Below the pieces are notes generated by a model. It saw nothing but the letters and a program-made list of their open reading frames with translations, was not told where the DNA came from and did no database searches. Both the position numbers and the translations under genes were made by a program. 32,000 nt of DNA, taken from Oleispira antarctica RB-8 (GTDB taxonomy: Bacteria; Pseudomonadota; Gammaproteobacteria; Pseudomonadales; Oceanobacteraceae). The stretch covers positions 1,293,350 through 1,325,349 of the forward strand of contig FO203512.1 in NCBI GenBank assembly GCA_000967895.1. Reading direction: 5' to 3'. Positions 25,147 to 32,000 of this stretch are shown here, piece by piece (the first letter of the stretch is position 1; each line of letters starts with the position of its first letter).

Positions 25147-25695
25147 ATGATAAATGCAGCTCAGAAAAACAAGAATGATAAAGGCTCTAGTATTAACACT
25201 TCAGGTACGAGTGATGATGAACAGCAATATTTAACTTTCATTATGGCAGGAGAAGAATACGGCGTTGATATTTTAGCGGTTCAAGAGATACGAGGCTGGG
25301 AACCAACCACGGTTATTCCAAATGCACCCAGTTATATCAAAGGTGTTATTAATCTACGAGGAACCATCGTTCCCATTATGGATTTGCGAAGTCGATTTAA
25401 TTTAGAGCGTATTGAATACAGCCCAGTGACCGTGGTTATTATTCTTAAGGTCGAAACCGAGCGTGGCGAGCGGGTTATGGGAATTGTTGTTGATGCAGTA
25501 TCCGACGTTCACTCGATCAGTGATTCTGATACCCGTAATAGTCCCGATTTAATAGAAGATTTAAATACCGAGTTTATTCGCAGCTTGGTTTCGGTAGATG
25601 ACAGTATGATTATTTTATTGGACGTACAGCGACTATTAACGATTGATAAGCAATTAGTAGATTTAGCCGCTGATGCAATAGTCGATACCCAATAG
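25147..25695 (+). CDS. cheW: Chemotaxis coupling protein CheW
   Basis: YLTFIMAGEEYGVDILAVQEIRGW...PNAPSYIKGVINLRGTIVPIMDLR is the CheW signature. An RBS AAGGGAG lies upstream. Confidence 0.95.
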   Translation: MINAAQKNKNDKGSSINTSGTSDDEQQYLTFIMAGEEYGVDILAVQEIRGWEPTTVIPNAPSYIKGVINLRGTIVPIMDLRSRFNLERIEYSPVTVVIILKVETERGERVMGIVVDAVSDVHSISDSDTRNSPDLIEDLNTEFIRSLVSVDDSMIILLDVQRLLTIDKQLVDLAADAIVDTQ

Positions 25696-25731
25696 GGCAC
25701 TTAAGAGCTTTATGATAATAGGATAAATATC

Positions 25732-28281
25732 ATGTCTGAAGAGCAAGATTCAACACATTGGAAAACGCCAGCACTAACGGTTATTCCAGCCGCATTCGCA
25801 TTTTTGTATTTGGTGGTTACGGCCGCTAACGTCGGTTTGTCTGCCGTAGTCGCTGTAATAGGCGTTGTTCTATCTATCGTTTTGGGCTGGGTGTTGTTAT
25901 CCAAGCATGAGGTGCAAGATGGTAATGCCATTGAAACTGAGCGGTTAGTGAAAGCGCTGAATGTGTGTAATACCAATGTGATGTTAGCAGATGCTAATAA
26001 TGAGATTTGTTATACCAATGAATCCGTCAATATTATGATGAAAAACGCCGAAGCGGCTATTCGCAGTGAACTTCCTAATTTTAATAGTGCCAGTTTAATT
26101 GGCACTAATATGGATGTTTTTCATAAAAATCCTGCTCATCAAAAAAGTATGGTTGCGAGCTTAAATAAAACATATAAAACACACATTGTGGTGGGTGGTC
26201 GTACTCTTGGCTTAATTGCTACGCCTATTTTTTCAGATGACGAATTACGTTTGGGAACGGTGGTTGAGTGGTCTGATAAAACAGACGAATTAGCGAAAGA
26301 ACATGATGAGCAGCAAGTAGTAAAAGAAAATATTCGTATTCGAAAAGCGTTAGATGTTTGTAATACCAATGTGATGATGGCGGATGAAAATCTAAACATT
26401 GTTTACATGAATAAAGCCGTAAGTGACATGATGATTGAGGCCGAAACCGATTTAAAAGTGGCGCTACCCCATTTTAAGGCTCATGAATTGATGGGGGTTA
26501 ATATTGATGTTTTCCATAAAGATCCATCGCATCAGCGTGGTATGTTAGAAAAGTTAACGCATGTATATAAAACCACGATCGAAGTAGGAATACGTACGTT
26601 TAGTTTAATCGCAACGCCTGTATTTGAAGAAGGCCAACGTCTAGGCACTGTCGTCGAATGGCTTGATAAAACAGAAACTCTTGCGCAAGAAATTGCAGAA
26701 AAGATTGTGGCTGATACCAATGCTCGAGTAAAACAGGCGCTGGATTCTGTTTCAGGTAATACCATGATCGCCGATAATGACTTTAACATTATTTATATGA
26801 ATGCCGCGGTGCAGGGCATGATGAGTCATGCTGAAGGAGACATACAGAAAGATTTACCTCATTTTGATGCGAATAATCTGGTCGGTAAAAATATTGATAC
26901 CTTCCATAAAAACCCTGCTCATCAGCGCGATTTAGTCGCTAAAATGACAGGGACTTATAAAGCACACATCGTTTTGGGGGGGCGAACGTTTGTATTGATT
27001 GCTAATCCGATTGAAAATGAACAAGGCGAACGCATAGGTGCTGTAGTGGAATGGCTGGATCGTACCGACGAAGTGGCTGTTGAAAAAGAAGTCGATGGTT
27101 TGGTGCAAGCGGCGATTAATGGCGATTTATCGCATCGTTTAGAAACCAGCAATAAAGAAGGTTTTTTCTTAAGTCTGGCCGATGGACTTAATAACTTAGT
27201 CGGCATCGCTGAAGACGTCGTTAACGATACCGCACGAGTATTGGATGCTTTAGCTAATGGGCGATTAACAGAAACCATTACGGCTGATTATCAAGGCTCA
27301 TTTGGCAAGCTCAAACAAGATTCTAATGCGACGGTAGTCAAGCTCACCGAGATTATAACGAATATTCGTGAGTCGGCCTCGACGGTCTCGATAGGTGCCA
27401 ATGAGATTGCTCAGGGTAATGCTGATTTGAGTCAACGGACTGAATCACAAGCGTCAAACCTTGAAGAAACAGCGTCTAGTATGGAAGAGATGACCAGTGC
27501 GGTGAAGCAGACCAGTGAGAATTCTATACATGCAACTGAGTTGGCTGTTTCAGCCAGTAAGCAAGCGGCACAAGGTGGGGAAGTTGTGAGCCGTGCAGTG
27601 ATGGCAATGGACGAGATTAACCAAGCCAGTAATAAAATTGCTGATATTATTGGAGTCATTGATGAGATCGCCTTTCAAACAAATTTATTAGCCTTAAACG
27701 CCGCGGTAGAAGCAGCACGAGCAGGAGAGCAGGGCAGAGGCTTTGCCGTTGTGGCCGGGGAAGTACGAAGTCTCGCTCAGCGTTCGGCGGGTGCCGCGAA
27801 AGAAATTAAAGAACTGATTCGTGACAGTGTGGATAAGGTCAGCGCGGGAACTAACTTGGTTAACGAGTCAGGGAAAACATTAAAAGATATTGTATCCTCG
27901 GTGAAGCGAGTAACCGATATGATTGAAGAAATCAGTATTGCAGCCCACGAGCAGTCATCGGGAATAGAGCAGGTCAATAGTGCAATTTCGCAAATGGATG
28001 AAATGACACAACAAAATGCGGCGCTAGTAGAAGAGGCAACAGCTGCGGGTGAAGCTATGGCAGAGCAATCCCGAGGCATGATGAACCTGATGGATTTCTT
28101 TACCTTGAACAATTCAGCGACCAGCATGGAAGGTTATGTTAACCGCCCCTCTATTTCTGCACCGACCAATTCTACTCATTTTAATCCCGTTAGCCAGAAA
28201 CCTGTCACACAAAAGTCTTCTCACTCCCGTGAAGGCGCTATTGTGAGTGATTCAGCCGATGATGAATGGCAAGAGTTTTAA
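25732..28281 (+). CDS. Methyl-accepting chemotaxis protein: N-terminal membrane hairpin, three tandem Aer2-type PAS domains, HAMP-like region, signalling domain, C-terminal EWQEF pentapeptide
   Basis: Hydrophobic aa 13-56. A PAS unit occurs three times (..CNTNVM.AD....I.Y.N......M...E..I...LP.F....L.G.N.D.FHK.P.HQ........YK..I..G.RT..LIA.P......R.G.VVEW.D.T). The MCP hairpin tip reads [42 protein letters not shown]. Confidence 0.95.
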   Translation: MSEEQDSTHWKTPALTVIPAAFAFLYLVVTAANVGLSAVVAVIGVVLSIVLGWVLLSKHEVQDGNAIETERLVKALNVCNTNVMLADANNEICYTNESVNIMMKNAEAAIRSELPNFNSASLIGTNMDVFHKNPAHQKSMVASLNKTYKTHIVVGGRTLGLIATPIFSDDELRLGTVVEWSDKTDELAKEHDEQQVVKENIRIRKALDVCNTNVMMADENLNIVYMNKAVSDMMIEAETDLKVALPHFKAHELMGVNIDVFHKDPSHQRGMLEKLTHVYKTTIEVGIRTFSLIATPVFEEGQRLGTVVEWLDKTETLAQEIAEKIVADTNARVKQALDSVSGNTMIADNDFNIIYMNAAVQGMMSHAEGDIQKDLPHFDANNLVGKNIDTFHKNPAHQRDLVAKMTGTYKAHIVLGGRTFVLIANPIENEQGERIGAVVEWLDRTDEVAVEKEVDGLVQAAINGDLSHRLETSNKEGFFLSLADGLNNLVGIAEDVVNDTARVLDALANGRLTETITADYQGSFGKLKQDSNATVVKLTEIITNIRESASTVSIGANEIAQGNADLSQRTESQASNLEETASSMEEMTSAVKQTSENSIHATELAVSASKQAAQGGEVVSRAVMAMDEINQASNKIADIIGVIDEIAFQTNLLALNAAVEAARAGEQGRGFAVVAGEVRSLAQRSAGAAKEIKELIRDSVDKVSAGTNLVNESGKTLKDIVSSVKRVTDMIEEISIAAHEQSSGIEQVNSAISQMDEMTQQNAALVEEATAAGEAMAEQSRGMMNLMDFFTLNNSATSMEGYVNRPSISAPTNSTHFNPVSQKPVTQKSSHSREGAIVSDSADDEWQEF
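25942..27069 (+). repeat. Triplicated PAS-coding unit (aa 71-185, 201-315, 331-446)
   Basis: Three collinear units of about 115 aa at 25942-26286, 26332-26676 and 26722-27069. Each has FHK[ND]P[AS]HQ and VVEW[SL]D[KR]T. Confidence 0.85.
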
Positions 28282-28338
28282 AACTTGATTATGCCTAATG
28301 CTCATGCAGCTGTCGATTACAGGGAAAAGGAATTCCCT

Positions 28339-29142
28339 ATGACAAGCAAAGACTTCGAGCGGATCGCAGATTTAGCAGGCCGTTATACCGGAATTGTATT
28401 AGGCGAGCATAAACACGATATGGTTTATGGCCGAATCGCTCGTCGAGTTCGCAAGTTGAATCTATCAAGTTTCACGGCTTATTTGGATTTTTTAGAAGCC
28501 AACCTTCAGCAAGAATTATCGAATTTTATTAATGTTATTACGACAAACTTAACCTCATTTTTTAGAGAAAATCACCATTTTGATTTTCTTTATAAGACGG
28601 TATTAGCAGAGGTTAAAAGAAAGAATCATGCGACGAAGCGCGTGCGAATTTGGTCTGCGGGTTGCTCGACAGGGATGGAGCCCTATTCAATAGCGATGAC
28701 GTTGATTAAGTTTGGCATACCAGCTGATTGGGATGTGAAAATATTAGCAACGGACTTAGATTCTGATGTGCTAGATAAAGCACGAACTGCTGTGTACTCA
28801 GTCAATGAGGTTGATGGTTTAGCAGAAGGGGTTGTTAAAAATTATTTTCAACGTGGCGGCACAGGAAAAGAAGTAAGAGTAAAAGAAAGGGTGAGTCAGT
28901 TTGTTCATTTTAAGCGTTTAAATCTGCTAGAAAACTGGCCAATGAAAGGGCCGTTTGACTTTATATTTTGTCGAAATGTTGTGATCTATTTTGACAAGCC
29001 AACCCAGAAAATATTATTTGATCGTTATGCTGAGCTGTTATCGGTAGGAGGCTATCTATTTATTGGTCATTCTGAAAATTTACACGGCATCAGTGATCGC
29101 TTTGAAAATTTAGGAAATACTGTTTATAGGAAGATACGCTAA
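28339..29142 (+). CDS. cheR: Chemotaxis protein methyltransferase CheR (the ORF also opens at TTG 28285 and ATG 28291)
   Basis: DFERIADLAGRYTGIVLGEHKHDMVYGRIARRVRKLNL (N-domain), TNLTSFFRE, IWSAGCSTGMEPYSIAM (SAM site), IFCRNVVIYFD. ATG 28339 has the best RBS (AAGGAA, 7-nt spacer). Confidence 0.93.
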   Translation: MTSKDFERIADLAGRYTGIVLGEHKHDMVYGRIARRVRKLNLSSFTAYLDFLEANLQQELSNFINVITTNLTSFFRENHHFDFLYKTVLAEVKRKNHATKRVRIWSAGCSTGMEPYSIAMTLIKFGIPADWDVKILATDLDSDVLDKARTAVYSVNEVDGLAEGVVKNYFQRGGTGKEVRVKERVSQFVHFKRLNLLENWPMKGPFDFIFCRNVVIYFDKPTQKILFDRYAELLSVGGYLFIGHSENLHGISDRFENLGNTVYRKIR

Positions 29143-29807
29143 TGACCGCGTTGAATAATAACGTCTCTCAGCCTGAACAGCCTCCTTTAAGTCAAGATTT
29201 TACACATATAAACCGTTATTGGGACAATCTTCATCAAGTCTGGGCGGCTAAAATATTGCCGGGTGAATTGTATGTGTCTACCCATGGGGAAATGATTTCA
29301 ACTGTATTAGGATCTTGTATTTCGGTGTGCATTCGCGACAAGAAAAAAGGGATTGGAGGCATGAATCATTTTATGCTGCCGCAAAATAATGAATTTTCTA
29401 GTGAGAGTTGGGGGACTAATCCGATTACTTCAGCGTCTCGTTACGGTAATTGGGCGATGGAGTATTTGATCAATGCTATTTTAAAATGCGGTGGTGAAAA
29501 GAAAAACTTTGAAGTGAAAGTTTTTGGTGGTGGTCAGATGATGGCAAGAATGACTGATATTGGCCAAAAAAATATCCTATTTGTGTATCAATATTTAGCA
29601 GAAGAAAAACTGAGGATTGAGGCCAGTGATGTGGGTGATATTTATGCTCGAAAAGTTTTGTATTTTCCTGATACGGGTTGTGTAAAAGTTAGGCGTATAA
29701 AACATATTAAAAACGATACAATTATTCGTCGTGAAACTGAATACGAACAGCATGTGAAAGTTGTGGATGAAGCTAAGCCTGATGCGAGTAATGTCGAGCT
29801 ATTTTAG
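29142..29807 (+). CDS. cheD: Chemoreceptor glutamine deamidase CheD
   Basis: ILPGELYVSTHGEMISTVLGSCISVCIRD...GGMNHFMLP contains the CheD catalytic Cys and His context. The start overlaps the cheR stop (TAATG). Confidence 0.9.
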   Translation: MTALNNNVSQPEQPPLSQDFTHINRYWDNLHQVWAAKILPGELYVSTHGEMISTVLGSCISVCIRDKKKGIGGMNHFMLPQNNEFSSESWGTNPITSASRYGNWAMEYLINAILKCGGEKKNFEVKVFGGGQMMARMTDIGQKNILFVYQYLAEEKLRIEASDVGDIYARKVLYFPDTGCVKVRRIKHIKNDTIIRRETEYEQHVKVVDEAKPDASNVELF

Positions 29808-29816
29808 GGAGGGGTC

Positions 29817-30848
29817 ATGGTTAAAATTCGTGTATTGGTAATTGATGATTCTGCACTCATTAGACAAATGCTAACAGAAATATTAAACAGTCGAGATGAT
29901 ATAGACGTTGTAGGCACTGCTGAAGATCCTTTTATTGCTAGAGAAAAAATAAAGCAGTTATCGCCCGATGTATTAACTCTAGACATTGAAATGCCGAGAA
30001 TGACGGGGTTGCAGTTTTTAAAAAACCTAATGCGCTTGCGCCCTATGCCTGTGATTATGGTTTCTACATTAACTGAACGTGGTGCGCCGGAAACGTTAGA
30101 GGCTTTAGAGCTGGGTGCTGTCGATTATATTTGCAAGCCTAAAGCGAAGACGGAAACCAAGCTTAGAATATTTGCCGATGATCTCGTAAGTAAAGTAAGA
30201 ATGGCATCAACCGCTCGGGTGCGGCCATTTGAACAGAATAAAACCCGTGTTCCTGTCGCTCGATCAAGTGCCACGTTTTCTAAAGTGATTGCTGTGGGTG
30301 CTTCTACTGGAGGAACGGAAGCTATTAAAGAACTGCTCACGTCGGTTCCTGAAAATTGCCCGCCCATTTTAATTACTCAGCACATTCCTAAAGTATTCAG
30401 TACGTCTTTTGCTGAACGGCTTGATCGCTGTTTGGCGATGGAAGTATTTGAAGCCCAAGAAGGTATGATAATTCGTTCTGGCTGTGTGTATATAGCACCT
30501 GGCGACTATCACTTAACGATTGCCAAGTCGGGAACTAAGATGGTTTGTCGTATTATTCAAACGGAAAAGGTAAACCGTCACCGACCTGCTGTTGATGTAA
30601 TGTTCAACTCAATATTGGAAGCTTATGGCCCCAACGTTGTGGCCGTTATGTTAACGGGCATGGGGAATGATGGCGCTCAGGGAATGCTTAAATTAAAGCA
30701 AGCGGGCGCGGTGACTTACGCGCAAGATGAGGCGACGTCGGTTGTCTGGGGGATGCCTCAGGCGGCATACAATATCGGCGCTGTCGATGAATTGCTTCCT
30801 CTGCAAAAAATTACTGAGAGAATGCTTTGGTCAGCGCAAAAAAAATGA
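29817..30848 (+). CDS. cheB: Chemotaxis response regulator protein-glutamate methylesterase CheB
   Basis: Receiver VLVIDDSALIRQ...LTLDIEMPRMTG. Esterase motifs AVGASTGGTEA, ITQHIPKVFS, MLTGMGNDGA. An RBS GGGAGGGG lies upstream. Confidence 0.96.
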   Translation: MVKIRVLVIDDSALIRQMLTEILNSRDDIDVVGTAEDPFIAREKIKQLSPDVLTLDIEMPRMTGLQFLKNLMRLRPMPVIMVSTLTERGAPETLEALELGAVDYICKPKAKTETKLRIFADDLVSKVRMASTARVRPFEQNKTRVPVARSSATFSKVIAVGASTGGTEAIKELLTSVPENCPPILITQHIPKVFSTSFAERLDRCLAMEVFEAQEGMIIRSGCVYIAPGDYHLTIAKSGTKMVCRIIQTEKVNRHRPAVDVMFNSILEAYGPNVVAVMLTGMGNDGAQGMLKLKQAGAVTYAQDEATSVVWGMPQAAYNIGAVDELLPLQKITERMLWSAQKK

Positions 30849-30917
30849 TCATTTAAAACGCTGGGTTAAGGCTGAATATGGTCTAAAGTATAAATAGGTT
30901 ATTAAGGGAGTTAAGAA

Positions 30918-31223
30918 ATGGGTGTTCAGTCGAATATTGATAGTAGTGGAAAAGAGCTAACGATTAAGATTGGTGGCCGCTTTGATTTTAGTGCGCATCA
31001 AGAATTCCGCGATGCTTACGAAAATATTTCAACGGCTGTTAGTCGCTATGTTGTCGATTTAGGCAATACATCGTACTTGGATAGTTCGGCATTGGGGATG
31101 TTGTTATTACTTCGAGATCATGCAGGTGGAGATAATGCCAGCATTAAAATAGTTAAGTGTAATGAAGACGTACGAAAAATATTGACGATTTCTAATTTTG
31201 AACAGCTGTTTACAATTCAATAG
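30918..31223 (+). CDS. STAS-domain anti-sigma-factor antagonist-like protein with a canonical phospho-serine motif
   Basis: VVDLGNTSYLDSSALGMLLLLRD carries the D-S-S-x-L-G motif of SpoIIAA/RsbV-type antagonists. The protein is 101 aa. An RBS AAGGGAG lies upstream. Confidence 0.88.
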   Translation: MGVQSNIDSSGKELTIKIGGRFDFSAHQEFRDAYENISTAVSRYVVDLGNTSYLDSSALGMLLLLRDHAGGDNASIKIVKCNEDVRKILTISNFEQLFTIQ

Positions 31224-31243
31224 CGTAAGTGCGGGTGGCTAAC

Positions 31244-32000
31244 ATGAAAATCCTTATTGCTGACGATAATGCCTCAGATCGATTATTATTGAGTAAAATC
31301 ATCAGCAAACAGGGTCATGATGTTGTTGAGGCAGAAGATGGTAAGCATGCTATCGATTGTTACCTTGAGGACGCGCCTGACATTATTTTAATGGATGTCA
31401 TGATGCCGGTACTTGATGGTAAGGCTGCGGCAAAAGAAATTAAGCGCATTGCAGGTGAAGATTTAATTCCTATTATATTTTTAACTTCACTTATTGATGC
31501 TCAAAGTCTTGCGGATTGTTTAGAGTCTGGTGGTGATGATTTTTTAACCAAACCTTATAACCATATTATTCTTAAAGCTAAAATAGATGCATTTGTTCGT
31601 ATGAAAAACATGCATGGTATTTTACAGAAGCAGCGAGATACTATTGCTGCGAATAATCAGCACATGTTGCAGGAGCAGCATGTTGCAAAAGCGGTATTTG
31701 ATAATGTTGCGCACTCAGGTTGTTTAGATGCCGCTAATATTAAATACATGCTGTCTCCTTTAGCGGTATTTAATGGTGATGTTTTATTAGCCGCCCGTAA
31801 ACCTTCTGGTGGTATGCATGTACTTTTGGGCGACTTCACGGGCCATGGGTTGCCAGCGGCGATTGGGGCAATGCCAGTAGCTGAAATATTTTATGGTATG
31901 ACCGCAAAGGGTTTTGGGTTGCGTAATATTCTGCGAGAAATTAATACCAAGCTTAAGAATATTTTACCGGTAGGCTTTTTCTGCTGCGCAGCGGTTGTCG
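31244..32000 (+). CDS. Response-regulator receiver fused to a PP2C/SpoIIE-type serine phosphatase; the 3' end lies beyond the window
   Basis: My own translation from ATG 31244 (RBS GGGTGG): MKILIADDNASDRLLLSKII...IILMDVMMPVLDG...IFLTS...TKPY (receiver), then ...VFNGDVLLAARKPSGGMHVLLGDFTGHGLPAAIGAMPVAEIFY (start of the SpoIIE/PP2C domain). The frame is open to base 32000. It is absent from the ORF track because it has no stop in the window. Confidence 0.88.
   Translation, partial: MKILIADDNASDRLLLSKIISKQGHDVVEAEDGKHAIDCYLEDAPDIILMDVMMPVLDGKAAAKEIKRIAGEDLIPIIFLTSLIDAQSLADCLESGGDDFLTKPYNHIILKAKIDAFVRMKNMHGILQKQRDTIAANNQHMLQEQHVAKAVFDNVAHSGCLDAANIKYMLSPLAVFNGDVLLAARKPSGGMHVLLGDFTGHGLPAAIGAMPVAEIFYGMTAKGFGLRNILREINTKLKNILPVGFFCCAAVV

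Noticed and set aside
1-32000. Search for mobile elements, tRNA or rRNA genes, integrase or transposase genes, or inverted-repeat-bounded islands flanking the methyltransferase gene or the che block
   Set aside because: No such coding signatures or terminal inverted or direct repeats were seen at the block boundaries (8056-8216, 10350-10586, 22184-22305). The insertions look old and regulatorily integrated rather than recently mobile.

Overview
AT-rich gammaproteobacterial polar-flagellum locus. It is almost entirely coding, and all but one gene is on the + strand. Gene order: flgL (3' end), fliC, flaG, fliD, a TPR/SAM-methyltransferase gene on the minus strand, fliS, fleQ, fleS, fleR, fliE, fliF, fliG, fliH, fliI, fliJ. 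No fliK follows fliJ. Instead there is a complete accessory chemosensory operon: STAS, cheY, cheA, cheW, mcp, cheR, cheD, cheB, STAS, and a REC/PP2C phosphatase that runs off the right edge. FleQ is collinear with Pseudomonas FleQ, so fle names are used. The intergenic DNA shows a promoter hierarchy: a sigma-70-like promoter before fleQ; three exact GG-N10-GC sigma-54 promoters before fleSR, fliE-J and the methyltransferase; and sigma-28 (TAAA-N15-GCCGATAA type) promoters before fliC, fliD and fliS. Clear intrinsic terminators follow flgL, fliD/methyltransferase (bidirectional) and fleQ; weaker hairpins follow fliC and flaG. Main unusual points: (1) Four flagellar proteins are strongly enlarged: flagellin 877 aa, cap FliD 1318 aa, FliE about 200 aa with a Q/N/P/M-rich insert, and FliH with a near-perfect 18-bp tandem repeat tail. 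Flagellin and cap are both enlarged with the same IN-motif-like module. (2) An Aer2/Che2-like (F7-like) chemosensory operon sits inside the flagellar regulon. Its receptor carries three tandem PAS domains that keep the Aer2 heme His/Trp/DxT spacing. The operon is bracketed by two STAS proteins and ends in a REC-PP2C partner-switching module. (3) A sigma-54-driven TPR-methyltransferase gene is inserted antisense between fliD and fliS. No rRNA, tRNA, CRISPR, transposase or integrase was seen. All calls come from reading motifs by eye; no database search was run.
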